A DNA stretch of 64,000 nucleotides. Origin: Lachnospiraceae bacterium. GTDB lineage: Bacteria > Bacillota > Clostridia > Lachnospirales > Lachnospiraceae. The stretch lies in the NCBI GenBank assembly GCA_045643145.1, contig JAZUKG010000232.1:31412-95411 (forward strand), read 5' to 3'. Positions within the stretch are counted from its first letter, which is position 1; each line of letters opens with the position of its first letter. The translations under genes were made by a program, and so were the position numbers. The notes below the pieces were generated by a model. The model did not search any database. It was not told where the DNA came from and saw only the letters and a list, made by a program, of their open reading frames with translations. Positions 8,195-16,502 of this stretch are shown one piece after another.

Positions 8195-8837
8195 CTTTTA
8201 ACTTTTCTCTCAAGTTTCGAATATGTACCATAACCGTATTACTTGAGGTTGGAAGGAACGGATCTTTCCAAATGGTTTCGTAAATCTGCTGAAGAGAGAA
8301 TACCTTTCCTCGGTTCTCTGTTAATAAAACCAAAATGCTGTATTCGGTATTGGTTAAATCCAGTTCTTCACCGTTTTTCGTAACTGTTAAATGATCCTTG
8401 TCAATCACATAATCATTAAATAAAATCTGATTTGCCTCTTTTGTACCGGCCTGATTTCCGTATTGACGATATCTGCGAATCAGTCCTCCTACTCTGGCAA
8501 TCAGCTCAGTATATGAGAACGGCTTTTGCATATAGTCGTCTCCTCCCGCCAAAAAGCCTTCTACCAGGTCAGTTTCTCTGTTTTTTGCTGTTAAAAAGAG
8601 AACCGGCGCCTGAGAAAATTCTCTGATTTTCTTGCAAACATCATATCCGTCAAGTCCCGGCATCATAACATCAAGTACCATAAGATCAAAAGAAGTATCT
8701 TCCTCTTCTAATGTCTTGAGTGCTGCAATTCCGTCTTCACAGCAGGTTACATTGTACCCTTCACTAGCCAAAAGTACTCTGACAATTTCTCTGATTTCTG
8801 AATCATCATCCACTACTAAAATATTACCTGTCTTCAT
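8133..8837 (-). CDS. OmpR-family response regulator
   Basis: 234 aa. Receiver VDDD...LDVMMPGLDG...K. C-terminal winged-helix trans_reg_C domain (VHIRNLREKL). Confidence 0.92.
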   Translation of the reverse strand: MKTGNILVVDDDSEIREIVRVLLASEGYNVTCCEDGIAALKTLEEEDTSFDLMVLDVMMPGLDGYDVCKKIREFSQAPVLFLTAKNRETDLVEGFLAGGDDYMQKPFSYTELIARVGGLIRRYRQYGNQAGTKEANQILFNDYVIDKDHLTVTKNGEELDLTNTEYSILVLLTENRGKVFSLQQIYETIWKDPFLPTSSNTVMVHIRNLREKLKDDDSQEDFIKNKWGRGYFID

Positions 8838-10638
8838 CCTCTGTCTCCTTTATTAACCACTCTTTTTCTTCTTGACTTAAATATGGTAAAATTTCTTTTC
8901 TCACCTTGGCATGATATGCATGCAAAAGCTCTTTATCCCTGCTTGTCAGCATATCCCATAAAATAGCATCCCGGTCAAACGGGACCAAGGTTAACGGCTC
9001 AAAGCCCAGAAACTGACCATATGAATTTTCTTCTTTTTCCACACATACGATTAAATTTTCCAATCGTATCCCGTATTTACCGTCAATGTATACTCCCGGT
9101 TCGTCCGAGGTAATCATTCCCGGTGCAAACGCACATCCCGATTCACTCTTTCTGAATGCATTCGGTCCCTCATGCACATTTAACAGATATCCTACGCCGT
9201 GCCCGGTTCCGTGACGATAATCCAGCCCCAGTTTATACAAAGGCTCTCTGGCCAGCTGGTCTAAATGATATCCCTTGGAACCTTTAATAAATACCGCATC
9301 CATCAGTCTTAAATTTCCCATAAGCACCGCGGTATAGCTGGTTTTTTCTTCCGCGCTCAGCGCTCCCAAAGCAACCGTTCGGGTAATATCCGTAGTACCA
9401 AACTCATAGTGTCCTCCGGTATCGCAAAGTACAAATCCCTTTGACTCCAGACTGACATTGGTATCTTCTTTTGCTTCGTAATGCACAATTGCGCCGTGCT
9501 CTTTATAAGCGATAATCGGTGCAAAGCTTTGATATAAATATCCCGGCATTTCCTGTCGAAGCGTCTCTAAATACTTTGCTGCGTCCATTTCCGTAGTAGC
9601 AATGTTACCCTTTGCCACTCTGGTTTTCAGCCAGTAAATAAATTTCGTAACTGCCACCCCATCATAAATGTGGGCTTTTCTTTCATTCTCTATTTCCTGT
9701 GCATTTTTGACTGCCTTTGGCAAAAGAACGGGACTTTCTTCAAAAATCAGTGTATGTTCTTTTCCCAATATTCCGGCTAAGTATACGCTAACCGTTTCTT
9801 CATCAAGCCAGATTCGTTGTCCCGGTTTCAGGCCTTGTAAATCCGCAGTCAGGGCTTCATATTCATGCCAGGTGATTCCTTCCTGTTCCAAATAGGCTTT
9901 CACCTTTTCGTCGGCTGCCATCAAATATAGGTCTGTAGTTTGTTTTCCAATCAACATAAAGCTGTAAAAAACCGGATTATAGGCTATATCATCGCCTCTA
10001 AGGTTGGTAATCCAGGCTACTTCATCCAATGCACTGACCAGTAAATAATCTGCCTTTCCTTCCATGCTCTTTCGCAGAATAGACAGCTTTTCTTTGGTCT
10101 CCATTCCATGCTGCTCTTTGGAAAGCAGATACGGCGATTTGGCATTTAGCACCTTTCTTTGGTTTCGTGTGTCTTTATTCCAGATTTCGGATACCAGATC
10201 CTGATCATAGGAAAGTGTCAAAAGCTCGGAAATGTTTTCCTTTTTACATTCCTTGATCAGCTCCAGGGCAAAACGGTTGGAAACGAGTCTGCCGTCAAAG
10301 GCTACAACAGATTTTTTCTTTTCCGTTTTTATTTCGCCGGCTAAAAACTCTTTGATTTTAGGAACATTCTTCATTCCCATTTTCATCAGGATTGCCTGAC
10401 TGTTTTCAAGCTGCTCCTCAGCCTGCAAAAAATATCTGCCGTCGGTCCAGAAATACGCATCCTTTTGCGTAATCAACAGAGTTCCTGCCGATCCTGTAAA
10501 GCCGCAAAAATAAGCAATGGCTTTGTAATAATCCGGAATATATTCTGAGCCGTGATCATCATTCATAAAAATGAGATAATAATCAATCTGCTTTTGTTTC
10601 ATTAAATTTCTCAAGGACTGGATTCTGGTCTGATACAT
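8824..10638 (-). CDS. Aminopeptidase P family (M24B Xaa-Pro aminopeptidase) with extended N-terminal creatinase-like domains
   Basis: 604 aa. Metal ligands in DTGG...D.TR, HGTGHGVG and the E...E region. Confidence 0.9.
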   Translation of the reverse strand: MYQTRIQSLRNLMKQKQIDYYLIFMNDDHGSEYIPDYYKAIAYFCGFTGSAGTLLITQKDAYFWTDGRYFLQAEEQLENSQAILMKMGMKNVPKIKEFLAGEIKTEKKKSVVAFDGRLVSNRFALELIKECKKENISELLTLSYDQDLVSEIWNKDTRNQRKVLNAKSPYLLSKEQHGMETKEKLSILRKSMEGKADYLLVSALDEVAWITNLRGDDIAYNPVFYSFMLIGKQTTDLYLMAADEKVKAYLEQEGITWHEYEALTADLQGLKPGQRIWLDEETVSVYLAGILGKEHTLIFEESPVLLPKAVKNAQEIENERKAHIYDGVAVTKFIYWLKTRVAKGNIATTEMDAAKYLETLRQEMPGYLYQSFAPIIAYKEHGAIVHYEAKEDTNVSLESKGFVLCDTGGHYEFGTTDITRTVALGALSAEEKTSYTAVLMGNLRLMDAVFIKGSKGYHLDQLAREPLYKLGLDYRHGTGHGVGYLLNVHEGPNAFRKSESGCAFAPGMITSDEPGVYIDGKYGIRLENLIVCVEKEENSYGQFLGFEPLTLVPFDRDAILWDMLTSRDKELLHAYHAKVRKEILPYLSQEEKEWLIKETEDEDR

Positions 10639-10656
10639 ATCTGCCTTTTCAATCTC

Positions 10657-12288
10657 CTATTTCATTAAATGAAGCTTTACAAAAACCTTTACGAGGATTC
10701 TTCCCTTTGGAATCGCTAATAAGTCTTCCTTGATAAGTCCCTTTAATACAATCATAAATACAAAGTAGCAAACAGCTCCTACAAAAATAGAAGCAAATAA
10801 GCAAACGGTATTGCTGTGAACGAGTAAGTAAAGACCCTGATAAGCCAGATAAGCGATAATACCCATAATCACTGAACTGATTGCCGGGATTACAAAGGTC
10901 TTTTTGATTTCCTGCTGATAGTGAAGTACTTTTTTCACTGCCCAGTTGTTCATGACACACATCAGGAATGAATATAAAATCATGGCAATTGCCATACTAT
11001 AAAGTCCGAGCCTTGTAAAGAACAGTAAAATCACCAAAACTACGGTCTGAATCACCAGAGCGATTCCGGCATGATAAACCGGGAGATTTACCTTACCGAT
11101 TCCCTGAAGGACTGCATTTGTCAGAGTAGACAGTCCGTAAAATACAACGGAAATACTAATGGCACGAAGGAGCGCACTGGCCAGTGCCAGAGAATCCTTT
11201 TGCCAGAATAAAAGCTGTGTTACCGGTCTGGCCAGAGCAAACAGACCAACCGCACACGGAATGGAAATCAGCATGGTGGTTTTGACTGCCAGAGCGATCT
11301 GTTTTCTGGATACATCATATTCCTCTCTCGCATACGAGCTGCTGATGGTCGGAATCATAGCAGATGACATCGCAGAAGCAATCGCAATCGGAATGTTGGA
11401 AATTACCACTGCCTTACCGGCAAAGATTCCGTAGTTGGTCGCGATATCTGCTAACGACATCTTGTAAACATTTTTCATGACCTTGGTATAAATGGTCTGA
11501 TTCAGGGAAGTTGACCAGTTATAAATAAAGGTACTTAAAATAAACGGAGTTACCATGCTAAAAATAATCTTAAAGATCTGACCATAGCTGAGTTCTTCAT
11601 GGTCTGTATCCTTTTCGATTCTTTTTAAAATCACCTTTTTATTCAGGCGATAAAGCATATACATAAAAATCAGGGCAATTAAGACACCGCTTCCGGTACC
11701 GAGCGCGCTACCGATTGCTCCGTAAATAGCCTGCGTAGAAGCATCCTGATCCTTTACCATTCCCATCAGTAAATAAGCTGCTCCTAAAGATACAATGGCA
11801 TTTAAAATCTGCTCAATAATCTGAGACAAAGAGGTCTGAATCATAGTTTTATGAGCCTGGAAATAACCTCTGAGTACACCTAAAAATCCGGATAAAAAGA
11901 TAGTCGGTGCAAATACTCTCAATACTAATTTACAATTTTCTTCTACTAAAAAGCCTGCAAACAAAAAGGCAAATGTGCTGGCAATAAAGCCGACTACACA
12001 AACATAAATGACGGCACAATGAAAAATTTTATGTGCATTTTTATATTCCTTTAGCGCCAGTCTTTGTGCAATTACTTTCGAAATAGCTGACGGAATACTG
12101 TATGAGGAAATCAGCAGGATAATGGTATAAATATTGTATGCACTGCTGTAATAACCATTACCCTCGTCTCCGATGATACTGGTGAGCGGAGATCTGTATA
12201 AAATTCCTATGATACGTACCAAAATGCCGGCCATTGCCAAAACGGTAGCCTGCAAAATAAATCCGTCTTTTTTTGATTCGTTGTTCAT
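10657..12288 (-). CDS. MOP-superfamily flippase (MurJ/SpoVB-like polysaccharide or lipid II flippase)
   Basis: 543 aa, about 14 TM helices. N-terminal pattern LQATVLAMAGILVRIIGILYR is typical of SpoVB/MurJ-like proteins. Confidence 0.8.
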   Translation of the reverse strand: MNNESKKDGFILQATVLAMAGILVRIIGILYRSPLTSIIGDEGNGYYSSAYNIYTIILLISSYSIPSAISKVIAQRLALKEYKNAHKIFHCAVIYVCVVGFIASTFAFLFAGFLVEENCKLVLRVFAPTIFLSGFLGVLRGYFQAHKTMIQTSLSQIIEQILNAIVSLGAAYLLMGMVKDQDASTQAIYGAIGSALGTGSGVLIALIFMYMLYRLNKKVILKRIEKDTDHEELSYGQIFKIIFSMVTPFILSTFIYNWSTSLNQTIYTKVMKNVYKMSLADIATNYGIFAGKAVVISNIPIAIASAMSSAMIPTISSSYAREEYDVSRKQIALAVKTTMLISIPCAVGLFALARPVTQLLFWQKDSLALASALLRAISISVVFYGLSTLTNAVLQGIGKVNLPVYHAGIALVIQTVVLVILLFFTRLGLYSMAIAMILYSFLMCVMNNWAVKKVLHYQQEIKKTFVIPAISSVIMGIIAYLAYQGLYLLVHSNTVCLFASIFVGAVCYFVFMIVLKGLIKEDLLAIPKGRILVKVFVKLHLMK

Positions 12289-12292
12289 CTCT

Positions 12293-14113
12293 TTATAAAA
12301 TGTCCTTTAATAAATATACTCTGTTAAACGGAAGAGAAAAATAATACCCGTCCACAACGTCCTTCATGCTTTCCATCACTTCCCTGGCCAGCATAATACC
12401 TACCTTTTCTCCCTCTTCTTTGGTAAGTACATTGTCGAAACGAGCGACGATTTCATCCGTTACATGCATTCCTGTCATTTCATTTTGAATAAACAGGGCA
12501 TTCTTTTGACTGATCAGCGGCATAACTCCGCCGAGGATTACCGCTCCGGTTTCCGCTTTGATCTGTCTGATTTTTTCTATTTCATCCGGTGTAAAAATCG
12601 GCTGTGTAAAGAAATAAAGCGCACCGGCCTCCATTTTCTTTTTCACTCTGTCTATTTCCACCTGAAGATTTAATCTGTTCTGATTGATGGCTCCGCCGTA
12701 GCAAATCGGTCCCTTATCCATATCCTTGTTGACTTCTTTTACAATTTTCATCAGTCCCACACTGTCAAAATTGAAAACGCCCTTGACCTTGCCTCTGGCC
12801 ATGGTAGGAATCGGATCTCCGGTGATAATCAAAAAGTCTTTTACATCACTGATATAAGCACCTAGTAGCTGCGAACGAATCGCAATCGCATTTTTGTCTC
12901 TGCAGCAAATATGCGGCATAACTCTGAGGCCTGTTGCACTTCTGACCTTTGCTGCCATGAGAATAGAATCTGCTCTGGTTCTTCCGGACGGCGAATCCGG
13001 GAACGTTACCACATCTATTTTACTGTCCGAAAGCTCCGCAGCTGCCTGCATCAGTTTTTCATCTGCTGCCAGCAGCGGTGGTGAAAGCTCCACAGCAATT
13101 AATTTTTTGTCTTCTCTTTTCGGATGGTAAATCCATGCAGTATTTTCACTGCTTTCGATTATTTTGCCTGCCTGACTTTCCGGCTGATTGATGGCAACAA
13201 ATTCAGGCGCCTGCCATGTATCCTGTAATTCAGATACCTGATCTGCTAATGCCTTGATAAACGAAGGCTTGGTACCGCAGCAGCCTCCGATAACGGAAAC
13301 CTTGAGGTCTAAAATATCCATCATTTTCTTGGCAAAATATACTTCATTTTGCGAAAAGACTACCTGTCCTCGGATGATTTTCGGGTAGCTCGCATTTGGT
13401 AATACAGAAAACGGCTTTGCTCTTTCCGGCGGCAAATCCTTTAATATTCTGTACATATGACCCGGACCTACGCCGCAGTTAAATCCGCAAAAATCAATAT
13501 CCGGGTTGGTCATCATCTCTTCATACAGCGATTTTGCGCTGATACCGATATCCGAATAACCGATCTGATTCACACTCATTTGTACCCAGATCGGAATCTG
13601 ACTTTCCTGTTTGATGGTATGAATGACATCTTCAATGATGTCCATACCGGAAAACGTCTCAAAAAGCAGTGCGTCTACACCTAAAGAAATAAAACGTCTG
13701 CAAATGCTGATATACTCTGAAACGATGGCATCTCTTTCTTCTGCCCGAGTAAACGGAATCGGACCCATGTCCCCGGCTATAAAGATTTCCGTACGCATCT
13801 TATTCATTTGATGCTGTTCGATATACTCTTTTTTTGCCTCATTTGCATGACCGACTGCCATGCTGATCAGCTCTAATACCTTTTCTAAATCCATGTTCAG
13901 ACTCTTGGTATTTGCCGCAAAGGTATTGCTTCGTAAAAGTCTGGCACCGGATTTAATGTATTCTAAGTGTACTTTTTTGACCAGCTCCGGATTGGTCTGA
14001 TTGGAAAGCTCCGGACTTTCTCCGCCGCTTAGGGCATCAAAATAAGTTCCAAAGGCTCCGTCTGCTATGATTTTGTTATATTCTAAATAGTCTTTTAATA
14101 AATACTCTGACAT
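12293..14113 (-). CDS. yitJ: Bifunctional homocysteine S-methyltransferase / methylenetetrahydrofolate reductase (YitJ-like)
   Basis: 606 aa. N-terminal S-methyl_trans domain with Zn-ligand motif GGCCGT. C-terminal MTHFR TIM-barrel. Confidence 0.85.
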   Translation of the reverse strand: MSEYLLKDYLEYNKIIADGAFGTYFDALSGGESPELSNQTNPELVKKVHLEYIKSGARLLRSNTFAANTKSLNMDLEKVLELISMAVGHANEAKKEYIEQHQMNKMRTEIFIAGDMGPIPFTRAEERDAIVSEYISICRRFISLGVDALLFETFSGMDIIEDVIHTIKQESQIPIWVQMSVNQIGYSDIGISAKSLYEEMMTNPDIDFCGFNCGVGPGHMYRILKDLPPERAKPFSVLPNASYPKIIRGQVVFSQNEVYFAKKMMDILDLKVSVIGGCCGTKPSFIKALADQVSELQDTWQAPEFVAINQPESQAGKIIESSENTAWIYHPKREDKKLIAVELSPPLLAADEKLMQAAAELSDSKIDVVTFPDSPSGRTRADSILMAAKVRSATGLRVMPHICCRDKNAIAIRSQLLGAYISDVKDFLIITGDPIPTMARGKVKGVFNFDSVGLMKIVKEVNKDMDKGPICYGGAINQNRLNLQVEIDRVKKKMEAGALYFFTQPIFTPDEIEKIRQIKAETGAVILGGVMPLISQKNALFIQNEMTGMHVTDEIVARFDNVLTKEEGEKVGIMLAREVMESMKDVVDGYYFSLPFNRVYLLKDIL

Positions 14114-14128
14114 GATAATTCCTAACTT

Positions 14129-14782
14129 TTATTCTCCGAGGAGCTGATCTGCCATTGGGATGAGCTCTTCAAAGCTTTCAATTCTGTAATCTGCCTGCGG
14201 AATCAGACCATAACCGTATCCGGCATGCACAAATCGTACATCTGCGTCGGTCGCTGCTACATAGTCTCCCTCCACATCGCCTAAATAAATCGCATCCTCC
14301 GGATTTATTTCATTTCTTTCCAAAAGAACGCTGATACTTCCTGATTTAGGTAACAGTGTATTTCCAAAACATTCATGATCTTCAAAATAGTCTTCCAGGC
14401 CATGATAGCTTAAAAATGCTTCAATATAGCCGATCTGACAATTTGATACGATTGCCAAAAAATAACGCTTTGATAATTCCTTTAATGTTTCTTCTAACTT
14501 TTCAAATAAAATTCCGCCATGACGCTCTATATAGTTGTTTTCATAGTCCATACAAAGCTGCATAATTTCCAAAGCTCTTTCCCGAGATACCGTCGTAAAA
14601 TACGAATATGCGATATCATCCATTGTCTTTCCCATCAGAGACTGCATATCCTCCAACGTGATCTTTTTATGAAAATCCGGTAAGGTTTCTATGATTTCAT
14701 TCCAAGAATCCACAACAGCCTGTGAACTGTCCCACAGGGTTCCGTCTAAATCAAATAAAATAGCCTTTGTCTTTGTACTCAT
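14129..14782 (-). CDS. HAD-IA family hydrolase (phosphoglycolate phosphatase-like)
   Basis: 217 aa. FDLDGTLWDS motif I, SN motif II, GD..GD motif IV. Confidence 0.85.
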   Translation of the reverse strand: MSTKTKAILFDLDGTLWDSSQAVVDSWNEIIETLPDFHKKITLEDMQSLMGKTMDDIAYSYFTTVSRERALEIMQLCMDYENNYIERHGGILFEKLEETLKELSKRYFLAIVSNCQIGYIEAFLSYHGLEDYFEDHECFGNTLLPKSGSISVLLERNEINPEDAIYLGDVEGDYVAATDADVRFVHAGYGYGLIPQADYRIESFEELIPMADQLLGE

Positions 14783-14971
14783 GAAGTAACTCCTTTTGCT
14801 TAATTTACTTTCATTTTACGCATGGTCATAGCCTTTTTTATTGTACCATAGTTTATTCTAAAGTTTAACACTTCTACTTTTTAATTTTCTCTTAATATGT
14901 TATGATTACTGCGTAATTTTTAGTGAATTTTTCATTCAGATAATTAAGTTTTACATAGAGAAGGGGTTACT

Positions 14972-15409
14972 ATGGAATTTATTCGTAAATTTTATGATAT
15001 GGATTTAAAAAAAGTAATGAAAATCTGGTATGATTCCAACCTGGAAGTACACGATTTCATTCCGGTAGATTATTGGGATCGAAATTTTGGATATGTTTCC
15101 AGACTGATTCCAAAATCAGAAGTTTATGTCTATGAAATCGATGGTATGGTTGTGGGATTTGTAGGCGTCGAAGATAATGGTTATATCAATGGATTGTTTG
15201 TGGATAAGGACTATCGCGGACTCGGTATCGGAACCAAGCTCATTGCCTATATCCTTGATTTATACAATCCGATTACCTTGGATGTATTTGAAAATAATTA
15301 CGGCGCTGTTCGTTATTATGAAAACAGAGGGTTCCAGTGTGTGGAGCAAAATATTCATGAAGACCTCGGAGAAGTGGAATACCATATGTTCTTTATGAAG
15401 AAGGAATAG
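14972..15409 (+). CDS. GNAT family N-acetyltransferase
   Basis: 145 aa. Acetyl-CoA pocket motif YRGLGIGTKL. Confidence 0.88.
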   Translation: MEFIRKFYDMDLKKVMKIWYDSNLEVHDFIPVDYWDRNFGYVSRLIPKSEVYVYEIDGMVVGFVGVEDNGYINGLFVDKDYRGLGIGTKLIAYILDLYNPITLDVFENNYGAVRYYENRGFQCVEQNIHEDLGEVEYHMFFMKKE

Positions 15410-15430
15410 TTAGAAGGTCGTGGTATATAA

Positions 15431-15466
15431 AAAGTCGTGAAATCAAATGATTTCACGACTTTTTTT
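15431..15466. terminator. Bidirectional terminator shared by the GNAT gene (+) and tRNA-Pro (-)
   Basis: 11-bp perfect stem GTCGTGAAATC/GATTTCACGAC, 4-nt loop, flanked by AAA and TTTTTTT. Confidence 0.85.
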
Positions 15467-15468
15467 AA

Positions 15469-15543
15469 TCGGAGTGACAAGATTCGAACTTGCGACCTCC
15501 GCCTCCCTAAGACGGCGCTCTAACCAAACTGAGCCACACCCCG
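15469..15543 (-). tRNA. tRNA-Pro with anticodon loop UUAGGGA (anticodon AGG, A at position 34)
   Basis: I hand-folded the cloverleaf. Acceptor CGGGGTG/CACTCCG with C1-G72 and discriminator A73. D stem GCTC/GAGC. Anticodon stem CCGTC/GGCGG. T arm GCAAG-TTCGAAT-CTTGT. G35, G36 and G37 are Pro-like. No encoded CCA. Confidence 0.8.
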
Positions 15544-15584
15544 TTTTCTGGTTATTTTGCCTCGGTTTTCACCTCAGCCTTTAT

Positions 15585-15613
15585 ATCATAACTAGTTTCT
15601 GGTTATTTTACAA
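15585..15613 (-). promoter_or_regulatory. Promoter candidate for tRNA-Pro
   Basis: Minus strand TTGTAA-17 nt-TATGAT, about 35 nt upstream of the mature 5' end. Confidence 0.45.
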
Positions 15614-15624
15614 GAGAGTCTTTG

Positions 15625-15687
15625 CGATAAAAATTTATCGTTTTTCGATAATTTTTTGTTGACATTCGTTTTTTATGGGTATATAGT
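15625..15687 (+). promoter_or_regulatory. Palindromic operator candidate plus sigma-A promoter of the DUF2975 operon
   Basis: CGATAAA-aa-TTTATCG (15625..15640) and a third CGATAA half-site (15646..15651) lie directly upstream of TTGACA (15659)-17 nt-TATAGT (15682). Confidence 0.45.
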
Positions 15688-15805
15688 GAGGCTATCCAAG
15701 GGAGGTCAGATTGTATTTCCAAATGCAGTTGTAAAGGGAAATGCAGCTTATTGAAATAAAATCTGTCCGTGTAAAAATGATTATCATATTAAAGAGGGAA
15801 CATAC

Positions 15806-16252
15806 ATGAACAACAAATTAACAAAAGCAACAAAAGCATTATTAGATTTTATGTATTTTGGAGGAATGATCGTTAGTATCTCACTTCCGCTTAGCTTCCG
15901 ATGGTACGGGCAATTCAACAGCCGTTTTCAGATTTATTACTGGCCTTTAGTGATTTTGTTTTTCCTTTGCGGAATTTTAGCCATACTTCTGTTAGGTCAG
16001 CTTCGTAATATGTTCAAGACGGTGATAAATGAAGATTGCTTTGTCAAGGAAAATGTAGTCGCTTTAGAGAAAATGGGTAACTACAGCTTCTTAATTGCTT
16101 TCATTACTGCTTTTCGTATCTTTTTGTATCTTACACCTGCGGTACTGATTATTATTTTAGTATTTGTAGTGGCAGGACTTTTCAGTAAGGTATTGGCTTT
16201 GGTATTTGACAAGGCTGTAAGTTACAAAGAAGAAAACGATTTTACGATTTAG
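15806..16252 (+). CDS. DUF2975-like small membrane protein (YoaS-like)
   Basis: 148 aa, 4 TM helices. It sits directly upstream of a YozG-type HTH gene, which is the conserved pairing. Confidence 0.75.
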   Translation: MNNKLTKATKALLDFMYFGGMIVSISLPLSFRWYGQFNSRFQIYYWPLVILFFLCGILAILLLGQLRNMFKTVINEDCFVKENVVALEKMGNYSFLIAFITAFRIFLYLTPAVLIIILVFVVAGLFSKVLALVFDKAVSYKEENDFTI

Positions 16253-16261
16253 GAGGCAGTT

Positions 16262-16474
16262 ATGGCAATTATGATTAACTTAGATGTGATGATGGCAAAA
16301 AGAAAAAAAGGCCTGACTGAGCTAGCAGGTGAGGTTGATATTACTTTAGCCAATTTATCCATATTAAAAAATAACAAAGCAAAGGCAGTCCGTCTTCAAA
16401 CCTTGGATGCTATTTGTAAGGCACTGGACTGTCAGCCGGGTGATATCCTGGAATATGTTCCCGATGAAGAATAA
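16262..16474 (+). CDS. XRE-family HTH transcriptional regulator, YozG-like
   Basis: 70 aa. LTELAGEVDITLANLSILKNNKAKAVRLQTLDAICKALDCQPGDIL is the characteristic YozG-type sequence. Confidence 0.88.
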   Translation: MAIMINLDVMMAKRKKGLTELAGEVDITLANLSILKNNKAKAVRLQTLDAICKALDCQPGDILEYVPDEE

Positions 16475-16502
16475 ACTTAAATATTCGTGAAAGGAAAATA
16501 TT

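Noticed and set aside
10649-10960. 103-aa alternative-frame ORF at the 3' end of the flippase gene.
   Set aside because: It is on the same strand in a different frame and lies almost entirely (10657-10960) within the 543-aa MOP flippase ORF, which has coherent TM topology.
14783-14971. I looked for an S-box/SAM or other riboswitch upstream of the HAD / homocysteine methyltransferase operon.
   Set aside because: The region is AT-rich promoter-like DNA without the conserved GC-rich S-box helices or any extended pairing. No riboswitch is supported.
15447-15662. 71-aa plus-strand ORF overlapping the tRNA-Pro gene.
   Set aside because: It runs antisense through a well-folded tRNA and its promoter, has no RBS, and has an implausible composition.
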